From a virus (taxonomy: Duplodnaviria; Caudoviricetes): a DNA stretch of 39,604 nucleotides. The stretch spans positions 1-39,604 of IMG/VR virus record IMGVR_UViG_3300044277_000005; one strand, given 5' to 3'. Under the pieces are notes generated by a model. The model saw only the letters and a program-made list of their open reading frames with translations. It searched no databases and was not told where the DNA came from. Made by a program: the position numbers and the translations under genes. Shown one piece after another: positions 7,897-17,621 of the stretch. Each line of letters starts with the position of its first letter. Within the stretch, counting starts at the first letter, position 1.

Positions 7897-8301
7897 TCAG
7901 AGAGTGCTGCCGGCGTTCGGCCAGGGCAGAATGGAAGGGATCTTGGCCTTGATGCGCAGCCACAGCGAGCGCGGCACCAGCAGAACTAAGGCTTGCGCGG
8001 CGGTCAGGCTCCACATGGCAGCGTTGTAGTAGACCGGCGACACGTAGCCCATGTACAGGACATAGCCGACCACGTTGGCGCCGATGGAAGCTGCCATCAG
8101 CCAGCCCATGAGCCGGCCGCGCAGTCCTGAAAGAGCGCCGGTCACAACGAAGCACAGCAGCGCGTCCATGATGGCACCGCTGAAGTGATAGATTGCCATG
8201 CCTTCTGGATCATTGGCGACCATGTCGGTTGCACATGCGTGCGCCAGCAACGCCAGCGCCATGCATGCCCCCACTTGCAAGCGAAGGGCGAGGGTGTTCA
8301 T
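7897..8301 (-). CDS. Integral membrane protein, about 4 TM helices
   Basis: 134 aa, four hydrophobic segments; ATGA-coupled to the upstream micro-ORF. Confidence 0.75.
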   Translation of the reverse strand: MNTLALRLQVGACMALALLAHACATDMVANDPEGMAIYHFSGAIMDALLCFVVTGALSGLRGRLMGWLMAASIGANVVGYVLYMGYVSPVYYNAAMWSLTAAQALVLLVPRSLWLRIKAKIPSILPWPNAGSTL

Positions 8302-8381
8302 TTCTTCTTTTTACCGCTGGACTTGTCCTCGGTCGGACGCTGCTTGCCGTTGCCACCAGTTGCCATTAGAAAACCACACAT
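8298..8381 (-). CDS. 27-aa peptide MCGFLMATGGNGKQRPTEDKSSGKKKK (not in ORF track)
   Basis: TAAGGAG RBS 6 nt before ATG; its TGA overlaps the ATG of the membrane-protein gene. Confidence 0.6.
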   Translation of the reverse strand: MCGFLMATGGNGKQRPTEDKSSGKKKK

Positions 8382-8436
8382 CGCCTTCTCCTTATGTTAG
8401 ATAGTGAACAGATACGATTGTAATAGTTCTTTATGG

Positions 8437-8473
8437 AAAAATGCCGGTTTATTTGATGCAAACCGGCATTTTT
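8437..8473 (-). terminator. Intrinsic terminator ending the virion operon
   Basis: Perfect 14-bp inverted repeat AAAAATGCCGGTTT/AAACCGGCATTTTT right after the stop at 8478. Confidence 0.8.
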
Positions 8474-8477
8474 GTTG

Positions 8478-10517
8478 TTATTGGTCGAGCAATCCGCGCC
8501 TTGGATCAAACGTCTTCTGTATCGGCAGGCGCGTTCCGTTGCCGCCGTCATACAGCGGTCGGTTCAGGCCGTGAGCATCGGCAGGATTGGAGATGCCATA
8601 CAGCCACATCTCGTCACCGAATTTCTTCTGCAATGCCTCCAAGTCCCTCGCCGCCTTCGCCCGCACCGATGGGCTGATGGCGTTGTCCACGATTTTCTTG
8701 AGCCGCGCCGCTTCCATGCTGGCCTCGGCAATGCGCCCCGAAACAGCCGGTTGCTGCAAGACTTCCTGGCGCAGCGGAAAATCAATGGTCGGCCAGTCGT
8801 GCGTGGTTGCCATGTGCTGTGTTGCCGGTGTCGGTGCGCGGCTGGCCATATCGCCCTCATCGGCCAGCGACAGCAGGCCACGATACGGCGGCGGCGCGGG
8901 CGGCGGCATGACCTTTGCACCGAACGGGCTTTCCTGGGCAAACCCCAGCTCAGTCGGGAAGGACACAGGCGGCACCGCATCCGGCAGCGAGTTCTTGACG
9001 ATGCGCCGTGCCAGCACCGGGCTGAGGCGGTTGTACAGGTTTGCGGCACCAAACACCCCCGCCGTGGTCGGCAGGCTGGCAATCGCGCCGCCCCCCAGGA
9101 TGCCGTACGCCAGGCTACGCTCTGCCGTGTTGGACGATCCCGGCTCCTTCAGGAACCGTTGCCCGACCCGCGCCAAATCGCCCAGCTCGCCCACGCCACC
9201 CGTTGCCATTGTGGTCTTGCCGAGGCTGTTGGAGGTGACGCGACCCATCAGGCCGGCTGGGCTGATGTCACCCGTGGGCGACTTCGCCACCAGCGGCTCA
9301 ATCGTTTTGGCAATCGCGTATTTCTTGCGGGCGTCGAGCAGCGCCGCCATGTCTTCGGGACTGGCGATGTTGCGCTGTAGTGCGTCCTGCATGGCGCTTT
9401 GCAAGTCACCGAGGGCGCTGCGCAAGTCGCCGTTGGTCGTGCCGCGAATCTGGCGCCCGATCTTGGAATTCAAGGTGCGGAATGCGTTCCCATCGACCAC
9501 GCCGCCATTCGCCGCCGCCTTGCCCTGCAACTCGCGTACGTAGTTGTTGACCACGTTTGCCACGTCTTCCGTGTGGAACTTGGCCACATCGTCCAGGTGC
9601 GAGGCCAGCGCCGAGCCAAAGCTTTCGTCCATCGGGATATGCGTTTTACCGGCAATGTCCCCGATCTTCTCGCCGGCAGCGTGCAGGGCGTCACCGTACA
9701 CATCGGGTGTCAGCGCCTTGGCCGACTCATCCCCGCCGATCATCCGGATCAGCGAACGGTTGAACGCGATCTGGTTGGCTTCGTTCGGTGCGCCCGACAG
9801 CGGCACCTTGCCCGCTGCCTCGCCCGCAATCCGCATGATCTTGTTGTTTGCCAGCATGTCCGGCGTCAGAGTCAGGCCGAATTGCGCCGCCTTGTCCGCC
9901 AGTTGCGCCGTGCCTTGGTCGATGGTCGGCAGCACCTTGGCTTTACCAAGCTTGGCCGCTGCGCTCTTTGCCATGAACACTTCAGGCTCTACCGCCTGCC
10001 GTGCTGCGCTCAGCGTGCTTTTCATGGCAGGGCTGGCCGCTGCCTGGCGTACAGCCGGGGCGGCAAGGTGCGTCATGGCGTTCAGTTCGGGTCCAATCGG
10101 CAGTCCGATGATGCCCGAGTCCTGCACCACTTCGCCAAGCTTTTGCGCGATGTTCTGGCCGGTCTGCGTGCGCGGCTGATAGGTCAGGGCTTCCGCCACC
10201 TTGCCGCCGAAATCCTCGCCTTCCCGGACGCCGGCCTGCGTGCCGAACTTGCCGCTGGTGAGTGACTTTCCCATGCCGGCCACGGCGCCAATCGGCGCGG
10301 CAATCGCGCCCGATCCCAGCGCCAGCACCGGCTCGGCCAGTCCTGCAAGTTTACCGATCCACGAATCGCTGGACGGTGCCGACTTGCCCGCATTGCGGTT
10401 GCCATCCAGCGCGGACGGATCGGCACCGGGTACGCCGGCCACGGAGGCATCACTGTTGCCGAACTTGGCCCACGGACCATCAGCCGGCGCCTGGAACTTT
10501 TCCCACGGACCCGCCAT
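8478..10517 (-). CDS. Putative internal virion/DNA ejection protein
   Basis: Large Ala/Gly-rich helical protein, N-terminal GPWEKF/GPWAKF repeat, last of three such genes after the tail genes; ATG at 10517 overlaps the upstream stop. Confidence 0.65.
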   Translation of the reverse strand: MAGPWEKFQAPADGPWAKFGNSDASVAGVPGADPSALDGNRNAGKSAPSSDSWIGKLAGLAEPVLALGSGAIAAPIGAVAGMGKSLTSGKFGTQAGVREGEDFGGKVAEALTYQPRTQTGQNIAQKLGEVVQDSGIIGLPIGPELNAMTHLAAPAVRQAAASPAMKSTLSAARQAVEPEVFMAKSAAAKLGKAKVLPTIDQGTAQLADKAAQFGLTLTPDMLANNKIMRIAGEAAGKVPLSGAPNEANQIAFNRSLIRMIGGDESAKALTPDVYGDALHAAGEKIGDIAGKTHIPMDESFGSALASHLDDVAKFHTEDVANVVNNYVRELQGKAAANGGVVDGNAFRTLNSKIGRQIRGTTNGDLRSALGDLQSAMQDALQRNIASPEDMAALLDARKKYAIAKTIEPLVAKSPTGDISPAGLMGRVTSNSLGKTTMATGGVGELGDLARVGQRFLKEPGSSNTAERSLAYGILGGGAIASLPTTAGVFGAANLYNRLSPVLARRIVKNSLPDAVPPVSFPTELGFAQESPFGAKVMPPPAPPPYRGLLSLADEGDMASRAPTPATQHMATTHDWPTIDFPLRQEVLQQPAVSGRIAEASMEAARLKKIVDNAISPSVRAKAARDLEALQKKFGDEMWLYGISNPADAHGLNRPLYDGGNGTRLPIQKTFDPRRGLLDQ

Positions 10518-12097
10518 CAGATTTTCTCCCATGCGTTCGGGTCGGCAGGATTGCCGCCCTTGAACTTGTAGCCATCCATGACTTGCCCCTTGAGCACCGA
10601 CTTGGGCGCGGGCGCCGCTTGCGTTTCATGGCGCCCCGACACTTCCGCGCTCAGATCCTTGCGCACGGCTTTCGGCGCCGCCTGCGCCGCCCTGGTTTCA
10701 CGCTGGAGCTGTTCCACCGCTGCGGCATAGGACGGCTGGTCGAAGGCGGTAGACAGCAGTTCCCGCGCGTGGTCCTTGTCCGACACGGTAGCAGCGCCAC
10801 CGCGCGCCATCGCCTGCCCGTAGGCATTCACCAGCGCCGTGTTCGCCATCGCAAACTGGCGCATTGCCGGGTCGTTGACGTTGGAATTGAACAGGATTTG
10901 TGCATTGCCGAACGGTTTGAAGCCGGAGCGTGCCACCTTGGCCGACGCATCCAGCGCCAGCGGAGCCAACTGCTGCACTTCACTTGCCGCAATCTCAATC
11001 GACGCACTACGGGTGCCTGCGGTACGCTGGCCTGCTTTCACGCCCTGGAACTCGGCCACCTTGGCGGCGATGTCCGCACCGTTCAGGCCCATCTGGTTCG
11101 CCTGCTTGGCAATTTCCAGCCGCACCGCGTTCAGGTTCTTGGCACCCTGCGCCCCGCGTCCGAAGTTCTGCAAGGCGCCGGTATCGCCGGCCAGGTACTG
11201 CTGCGCCGTCATGCGGACGGCCAGCGGGTCCATTGCTTCGTCCTGATTGTCATTGGCCTGGCTCTTGTCGAAAGCCAGCCGCGCTGCCGAATTTTGGTCG
11301 GCAAACGTCATGGTTTTCTTGAACACTTGCCCAGGCGTCACGCGGTTCTTGTCCACGAACTGCTTGGTGCCGCCGAGGTCCACTTCGGTAACTTCCGGTT
11401 TCACGCCCAGTCCGGTATCCTTCCACGTTCCGTTATCCGCCAGCACGTAGTTATGCAGTTGCCCGTCGGCACCCTGCGCGGTGCGGAAGTCCGTGCTGTA
11501 CTTCGGTTGCAGCTTGACTGCCGCCTCATACAGTTTATTGGCGCCTTCGTTGTCGCCGTACTTCGACCGGATCGCTGCTTCTTTCAGCAGGCGTTGCGCG
11601 GTCGCCGCTTGCAGATCTTCCGGTGCAGCAGAGACCGGCGCCGAGGCAGCAGCGGGCGCGGCCTGCTGCGGCATCCACGAGGGCATTGCCTGCCCCATGC
11701 CGGCCATCATCGAGCCGCCCATCGGGGCCGACGACGCGGGCGGTGCAGGCGGTGCCTGTTGCGGCATGGTCGTAGCGCCTACGCCCGCGCCCATCAGTTC
11801 CGAGCGGATCTTGGCTTCGCGCTCGCGGATCATCTCCTGATTCTTGAGGTCGCTTTCGGCATCCTTGAGCTTGAGGCCGGTCAACGCCTGCGCCTGCTCA
11901 AAGATCGCCCGCTTCTGCGCGAGTTCCTGTTGCGCCGTCATGGCGTTCTGGTACGAGCCGATGCCCTGCCCCAGCACCTGGCCGAAGCTGGTCGGCATGC
12001 GCGAAGGTCCCGAAGCTTGCAGCATCTGCGCCGCCGCGGCGAGCAGCCCCTGGTTCTGTTCCGGCGACAGGTTCGTCAGTTGGTCGAGTAGTCCCAT
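10517..12097 (-). CDS. Putative internal virion/DNA ejection protein
   Basis: 526 aa, Q/A-rich, C-terminal GYKFKGGNPADPNAW; AAGGAG RBS; podoviral synteny. Confidence 0.65.
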   Translation of the reverse strand: MGLLDQLTNLSPEQNQGLLAAAAQMLQASGPSRMPTSFGQVLGQGIGSYQNAMTAQQELAQKRAIFEQAQALTGLKLKDAESDLKNQEMIREREAKIRSELMGAGVGATTMPQQAPPAPPASSAPMGGSMMAGMGQAMPSWMPQQAAPAAASAPVSAAPEDLQAATAQRLLKEAAIRSKYGDNEGANKLYEAAVKLQPKYSTDFRTAQGADGQLHNYVLADNGTWKDTGLGVKPEVTEVDLGGTKQFVDKNRVTPGQVFKKTMTFADQNSAARLAFDKSQANDNQDEAMDPLAVRMTAQQYLAGDTGALQNFGRGAQGAKNLNAVRLEIAKQANQMGLNGADIAAKVAEFQGVKAGQRTAGTRSASIEIAASEVQQLAPLALDASAKVARSGFKPFGNAQILFNSNVNDPAMRQFAMANTALVNAYGQAMARGGAATVSDKDHARELLSTAFDQPSYAAAVEQLQRETRAAQAAPKAVRKDLSAEVSGRHETQAAPAPKSVLKGQVMDGYKFKGGNPADPNAWEKI

Positions 12098-12106
12098 ATT
12101 TTCTCC

Positions 12107-13345
12107 TTAACCCAGCAGGCCAGGCAGGCTGATCGGCAGTTGTTGGTTGCCAATGGTCGCCGCCATATTGTCTACAGAACTCGGGGCGGCAAACATCGAC
12201 GTACCGCCCGCTGGTCCGCCCATCCCTTTGAACTGGTTGTACAGCCCCAGCCCCGCCATCGCGCCGCCCAGCACATTGCCTGTCGTGTTCTGGTACACCG
12301 GGTTGGTGCTGGTCTGCGACTGGTTCGCGCCCAGGTACGGCGACAGCAGCCCATTTACCTGCGAGGCGCGGTTGATGCCCGCGTTGTCCGCGTTCTGCGC
12401 CGTGCCGTACGCCTGCCCCATCAGGCCGCTGAGAATGCCCGCGCCTGCCGTGGTCGCCTGGTTGTTCGCCTGCATCTGCTGGTTCGTCATCGCGGCATTG
12501 GTTTTACTGGCGTCCCACAGGTTGCCCACGTTCAGGAATTCGGCGGCGTTCTTCGTGTTCGCGTTCTGGATCGCGGTCGCGTACTGCTGCCCGCCGAGTC
12601 CTTGCGTGGCCGACAGTTGGCGGTTGCGGTCGGCGTCGTACGCCCCGGCCTGCGCCGCGACGGCTGCATCCGTGTTGTTCTGGCCGAACTGCGAAGCCGC
12701 GCGCGCCAGGTTCGTGTTCATCGAGTCAATCGCCTTGCCTTCGGCCAGCCCCTGGCGCGAGCCGCCATACTGCCCGGTCAGCACCGAATTGCCCCGGATC
12801 GAGCCGAGTACGTCCTGGGTCGCGTTCTTGGCGTCCGTCACCATGTTGCCGAAGGCGTTGGAACTCTGGTTGATACCCTTCTGGATCGCCCCGGTCAGGT
12901 ACGGGTTATTCCCCGGCTGGCCGTTGATGAGGCTGTCGTAGGAGCCGGACAGGTTGATATTGTTCTGACCCGGCGCCTGCACTTGGTTGCCCACCGCATA
13001 GCCGAGCAGATCGGCCATCTTGGCGTCCTTCGGCTGCATCAGGCCGCTTGCCGCGTTCTGGATCTGCCCGAAGCCGGAACCGCCGTAGCTGTTCAGGTAG
13101 TCGCCCGCGCTCTTGCCATAGCCCTGCAAGGCCGCCGATTGCGGCTGATCCAGATAGCCCTGGTACTTGTCGAGCAGGCCGCCCGATCCATTCTGGCCAA
13201 ACAGCATCTTGTCCAGGCGCGGATCGAGTTGCTGCTGTTGCGTGCTGGTCTGTTGCGACGGACCTTTGCCGCTCTTGTACGCGCTATACGCGGTGGCGCC
13301 GGCACTTGCCAGTGCTGCTGCCGTGGTTGCGGAAACTCCGAACAT
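12107..13345 (-). CDS. Putative DNA pilot/ejection protein
   Basis: 412 aa, G/Q/N/A-rich, hydrophobic N-terminus followed by a T/Q/S-rich stretch. Confidence 0.65.
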   Translation of the reverse strand: MFGVSATTAAALASAGATAYSAYKSGKGPSQQTSTQQQQLDPRLDKMLFGQNGSGGLLDKYQGYLDQPQSAALQGYGKSAGDYLNSYGGSGFGQIQNAASGLMQPKDAKMADLLGYAVGNQVQAPGQNNINLSGSYDSLINGQPGNNPYLTGAIQKGINQSSNAFGNMVTDAKNATQDVLGSIRGNSVLTGQYGGSRQGLAEGKAIDSMNTNLARAASQFGQNNTDAAVAAQAGAYDADRNRQLSATQGLGGQQYATAIQNANTKNAAEFLNVGNLWDASKTNAAMTNQQMQANNQATTAGAGILSGLMGQAYGTAQNADNAGINRASQVNGLLSPYLGANQSQTSTNPVYQNTTGNVLGGAMAGLGLYNQFKGMGGPAGGTSMFAAPSSVDNMAATIGNQQLPISLPGLLG

Positions 13346-13846
13346 TTATGCTCCCTCGCAGGTTAATTGATTGCAGTAAGCGATGTACTCGTCATACGAT
13401 TGCGCGAGTACCTGCTCCTCGATCTTGTCGACGTCCACCTCGTCGGTGGCGATGATCGTGATCCATGTCGTATCTTCATGCGCGTAGCCGACGCGCTTGG
13501 TGCCGGGCGCCGATACCATCGTTGCAGGACCGGTGATGCGCTGGATACCTTCTTCGGTGTAGATCGAAATGTCGCCACTGATGACAATGTTCAGGTGCGA
13601 GATTTTCTTGATATGCCCGACGAGGACCGTCCCCTTCTTGATGACGCCTTGGCGCGCATACAGCCCCTTGGCATGGAAATGCTCGACATCAATCTCAACC
13701 TGTGGGCAAGCCAGCATGACCTCCTGCAATCGCTCGATCTTGGCCCGCGCGACAGGCGAATCGACTTCATGCTCCACGATCCGCGCCGGCTTCTTTGCGG
13801 GCGAATTCAGGGCAGGGATGCTATAGGTGAAGTTGGTGATCTGCAT
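13346..13846 (-). CDS. Cupin-fold protein in the virion module
   Basis: HFH..GLYAR...I.KG..LVG.I....HLNIV.SG...SAPG.KR.G.A.ED beta-barrel pattern. Confidence 0.6.
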   Translation of the reverse strand: MQITNFTYSIPALNSPAKKPARIVEHEVDSPVARAKIERLQEVMLACPQVEIDVEHFHAKGLYARQGVIKKGTVLVGHIKKISHLNIVISGDISIYTEEGIQRITGPATMVSAPGTKRVGYAHEDTTWITIIATDEVDVDKIEEQVLAQSYDEYIAYCNQLTCEGA

Positions 13847-13866
13847 TTCCGTATTGTAATGCTATT

Positions 13867-14136
13867 TCATCCAAGAAAGACCCATGCGGCCCCGTCAAAA
13901 CGGTACAAACCTGCACCGCTGCCGGGATTCCAGCTTGTACCGTCCGCATAGCGCCGCATGCCCTGCCTTGGCTTCGCGGGCGCCGCGTACGTCACCGGAT
14001 CGAAGCCATCGGCCACGGCATCAATCGCCGCTTTCAGTTTCGCCAGCTCCTCGCGCAGATACCGCTGCAATTGCGCGGGATCGCTCGGCGGGTCGGCGGG
14101 CTGGTAGCTGTTCGCGTAGACATTGGTCGGCTTCAT
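13867..14136 (-). CDS. Small tail-associated hypothetical protein
   Basis: 89 aa, abuts the tail gene, coiled N-part plus YADG..WNPG.G.GLY. Confidence 0.65.
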   Translation of the reverse strand: MKPTNVYANSYQPADPPSDPAQLQRYLREELAKLKAAIDAVADGFDPVTYAAPAKPRQGMRRYADGTSWNPGSGAGLYRFDGAAWVFLG

Positions 14137-15699
14137 TTAGTACGCTCCTGCATCGGATACCTCGGCCACGAAAGAGTCCAGCCGCCAACTGAACGCGGTC
14201 CCCGTTTCCAGACGGATCGCCAGGTATCTCCCCGACACGATCAGGTCACAGGTGGTCGTCTGCCCGATGGTGTACGTGCTGGTGGTCCAGACCGGCTCAT
14301 CGTCGGGATTCGCCGCGCTGCCCACTTTTACGATGACCGTGCCGCCCTTGTTGCCGCTGATGCGGGGACGGATGCCGGACACCATCTTGATGCGGTCGGG
14401 CGCGTCGAAGTGCAGGCCACGGCGCTCGAGATAGGCGCTTGGCAGGGAGCCATCGAAGCTGGCCGAGGCGTCCAGCAGGTACAGTTTCGTATCGGCGCTG
14501 CCCATCATCACGCGCGCAACGTCCGGCGTGTAGTCGGGGCCATTCCACGCCGTCAGGTCGGTGGACCACGGATCGCTGTCTTGGTTCCAGTTGCCGGCAA
14601 GCGAGTTGTCCACAGGGCCGAACGCCGCATGGTTCACTCGGGGCAGGGTACGGAACGACACGGTCTTGTCCACGAAGTTATACACAAGGCACTGATCGCA
14701 GGTGTCCGAGCCAATCGATGGATACGCAACGCAAATCTCGTTCAGGAAGGGATTCTTGAACACGAACACCTTGCCCTTGTTCTCGACATCAATCGACTGG
14801 AAGAACGTCCTACGCGCTTTCTTGTCGAGCACCGATTGCGCCGTATAGCCATCGTGGATGACCACATCGAAGCCGGTCACGGCGAAGTGCAGCGCCGACA
14901 TGCCGGCGTCGAATTCCACCGCGCAATTCATGTTCAGCAGGCCCGACATGCCCGACACTTTTCTACTCTTCAGGACGAAGGCGCCGCCGATGTAGTCGAT
15001 GGCCCAGGTGCTCGATTCCTTGTAGACGATGAAGGAATCCTTCAGCCCGAGGCCGTCCACGGTCGCGTCCTGCCCTTCGGCGAGGTCGAATTCGCCCGCG
15101 TCCTGGGTGGCGTCCGCTTCGTTCCACGTGGTCGGCAGGGAACCGGCCACGGCCAGGCTCGACCACTTGAGCATGTACGGGTAGTTCACGCCCGATTTCG
15201 TCACGTTCAAGGCGATCAGCAGATTCTTGTACTGCCGCAGCACCTTGCACGAGGTATTTGCCGGCCATGCGGGCAGGTCCACGAATTTATGCGTGAGGTT
15301 CTGGTCCCAATACATCGGCGCCTTGCCATCGCCCGCGTTCAGGATCGGGATGCCGCCGAATACAAACCCGCTCCACTTGTTCACGCTGCCGACACGGCTT
15401 GTCGCATGGCTGATGTCGGTATGCACCGATGCGCCGGTCACGTTCGACACGGCGTACTGCTTGCCTGCCGTGGCGTAGATCCAGTACCGGGCTGCCCCCA
15501 CGTTCGCCGGCATCAGGTATTGCGGTGCCTGCGGTGGCGTCAGATACACCTGCCCGTAACCGAGGAATTGCATCGCGGCGCCGTCCAGAAAGCGGATATT
15601 GCTGGCATCCGACCACGCGCCGGCAGGCAGTTCCGAGGGTGCAATGTCCTTGATGACGCCAATCGCGCCGGCCTGGTTGAAGGGGATCTTGTTCGCCAT
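14137..15699 (-). CDS. Tail tube/nozzle (packaged-DNA stabilisation) protein, predicted beta-propeller
   Basis: 520 aa beta-rich; N-terminal G.I.D..P.ELP..AW.D..N.RF; podoviral position. Confidence 0.7.
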   Translation of the reverse strand: MANKIPFNQAGAIGVIKDIAPSELPAGAWSDASNIRFLDGAAMQFLGYGQVYLTPPQAPQYLMPANVGAARYWIYATAGKQYAVSNVTGASVHTDISHATSRVGSVNKWSGFVFGGIPILNAGDGKAPMYWDQNLTHKFVDLPAWPANTSCKVLRQYKNLLIALNVTKSGVNYPYMLKWSSLAVAGSLPTTWNEADATQDAGEFDLAEGQDATVDGLGLKDSFIVYKESSTWAIDYIGGAFVLKSRKVSGMSGLLNMNCAVEFDAGMSALHFAVTGFDVVIHDGYTAQSVLDKKARRTFFQSIDVENKGKVFVFKNPFLNEICVAYPSIGSDTCDQCLVYNFVDKTVSFRTLPRVNHAAFGPVDNSLAGNWNQDSDPWSTDLTAWNGPDYTPDVARVMMGSADTKLYLLDASASFDGSLPSAYLERRGLHFDAPDRIKMVSGIRPRISGNKGGTVIVKVGSAANPDDEPVWTTSTYTIGQTTTCDLIVSGRYLAIRLETGTAFSWRLDSFVAEVSDAGAY

Positions 15700-16328
15700 T
15701 ATCGGTAGTAGGAGATGGTGAGCGAGCCGCCAGCCGGCACAACAATCGGATACGCGGTGTTTTCCGTGACGGCCACATCGGTGAAACTGGCAGGCGTTGC
15801 GGGACCGGCCACGCCCCCGGCAAACGTCTTGCCGAAGGCAGTCGTGTCGGCCCCGGTGCTGGCGGGGCTTTGTTGCACAGCAATCGTGTAGCGCCCGTAG
15901 TTCGTGCTGGAATTGGCTTGCGTCAGGTTGCCGGAAGTCGTGGAAATGGAGGCCGAACCGGTACCGCTGACAATGACGCTGATGGCGGTATCGTAGTAGG
16001 CCGTGAGGTCGCTGCTGTCGATCTGGTAATTGCGCGACGTATAGTTGACGGTTCGCACGCCGGCGCCATCGAACAAGGTTGCCTGATTCGCCCCGAAGCT
16101 GCCCGCCGACGCCGCGCTGATCGGCACGCCGCCCGACGAGGACACCAGCGAGCAGAAGAACAGGTCCAGCGTCTGCGAAGCAAACACCGCCGCCGCCCCA
16201 TCCTGCCCCTTGCCAGACAGATTCACCCTCGACACGCCATACGGGACCGTGAACGTGGTGTTACTGGTAAAGGTCTGCGTCACCAAGCGGCGCGAGCCGG
16301 TGATGAGCGCGAGCATCCACGGCGCCAT
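15699..16328 (-). CDS. Tail-fibre-associated protein
   Basis: TFT.N.TFTVP.GV..V...GKG.DG; S/T/G-rich; ATG at 16328 overlaps the upstream stop. Confidence 0.6.
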   Translation of the reverse strand: MAPWMLALITGSRRLVTQTFTSNTTFTVPYGVSRVNLSGKGQDGAAAVFASQTLDLFFCSLVSSSGGVPISAASAGSFGANQATLFDGAGVRTVNYTSRNYQIDSSDLTAYYDTAISVIVSGTGSASISTTSGNLTQANSSTNYGRYTIAVQQSPASTGADTTAFGKTFAGGVAGPATPASFTDVAVTENTAYPIVVPAGGSLTISYYR

Positions 16329-16966
16329 TACGCGGCCTTCCCGTACACTGTGCCGTCGCCGAAGGAGAACAGGGCGATGCGATCCGTCCCCGACGCTTTT
16401 AACGTGATGCCCGACGCGGCGAAATTCGTCGTTTCCGAGCCGTCCGCCTTGATCCACGTAATGCCGGTGGTGGTCAGCGAATATGCCCCGCCGTTGATGA
16501 GGCGCAGCAGCACGCCCGCCAGGCGGTTACTCGGCCAGCCGGTCGAGGTAATCGAGCAAGCGCCGGTAATCGTCAGGGTCTGGCCTTCGCCGTCCGTGTA
16601 GTTGATGACCTGGGCCGTGGTGCCGGAGTTGCCCTTGGCCTTGATCGGCTGGCCGCGCAGATCCACGCTGGCAAACGTGCCGCCGCCCTTGAGGAATTTG
16701 TCGGCATTCGCCGGATCGTTGACGCCGGGGATCGTCGCGGCAAGCTGGGCCGCTGCAATGTCCTCGGCGGTTGCCACGTTGGTCTTGCCGTGCAGCAGGC
16801 TCAGTTCCGCAGCGGTCGCCGTGACAGCGGCATTGACGTTCGGGAACGTGTTCTTGATCGCGGCCTTGATGTTGCGTAGATGGTCGTCGCCCGCGTTCTT
16901 CGGCTCGGCGCCGGTCGGCCAGGCCGGGTTCAGGTCTGCAATGGTGGTAACGGTTTCGATTGCCAT
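16328..16966 (-). CDS. Tail fibre-like protein
   Basis: N-terminal I.DLNP.WP.G......GDDHLR.IK.AIKNTFPN attachment-type domain. Confidence 0.65.
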   Translation of the reverse strand: MAIETVTTIADLNPAWPTGAEPKNAGDDHLRNIKAAIKNTFPNVNAAVTATAAELSLLHGKTNVATAEDIAAAQLAATIPGVNDPANADKFLKGGGTFASVDLRGQPIKAKGNSGTTAQVINYTDGEGQTLTITGACSITSTGWPSNRLAGVLLRLINGGAYSLTTTGITWIKADGSETTNFAASGITLKASGTDRIALFSFGDGTVYGKAA

Positions 16967-16967
16967 G

Positions 16968-17612
16968 TTAGCCTCGGTTGTTATCGGTACGGACGCACAT
17001 GCTCGCCGCCGTGGTCCAGTCCGGCTTGTTCACGGATTCCAGCGCGATCAGGTATTTCTGCTCCCACTCGGCGCGGTCCTCGCGGTTCTTGGTGTAGCTG
17101 CACAGCTCGACCATCGACGCGGCAAGGTAGGCGTTCGGGAAATTCTCGATCAGCCAGTTGGTGCCTGCCGAGTCGGCCAGCGCCGGCACGTATGCCCGGT
17201 AGGCCAGGCTCAGCGTGTAGGCGCCATCGGGAACCGGCCCTAGGTAGATCGACGGACCCACGACCGTATAGCCGCGCGGCGCGCCCCCGGTCTGGTCGGG
17301 GAACTTGGCGTTGAACGGGTCCGGTGCGTAGTAGTCCAGCGGCCCATGCTCCGCCAGCGACAGGGAACGAATCTCGGCGGTGTCAATCGGCACCGCGACG
17401 GTCGAAACGCCGGCTTCGGTCATGATATTGACCACGGCTTCCTGATGGCGGGATTCCAGGTCCGCGTTCAGGCGCTTTTCGGCCAGCATCACAAAATCCG
17501 GCATCAGGTCGGCAAGATCCGTGCGGTTGCCGCTCCACTTGGCGAGCGCGGACAGCAGCCAGGCATAATCCCGCTTGGAGGCGCTGGCGATGGTTTGCGC
17601 AATGATCGTCAT
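16968..17612 (-). CDS. Head-tail adaptor protein
   Basis: Y..L..A...W..R.DL....PDF..LAE.RL ... GPVPD..Y ... TNWL....P..YL.AS pattern of podoviral adaptors. Confidence 0.75.
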   Translation of the reverse strand: MTIIAQTIASASKRDYAWLLSALAKWSGNRTDLADLMPDFVMLAEKRLNADLESRHQEAVVNIMTEAGVSTVAVPIDTAEIRSLSLAEHGPLDYYAPDPFNAKFPDQTGGAPRGYTVVGPSIYLGPVPDGAYTLSLAYRAYVPALADSAGTNWLIENFPNAYLAASMVELCSYTKNREDRAEWEQKYLIALESVNKPDWTTAASMCVRTDNNRG

Positions 17613-17621
17613 GGCATGCCT

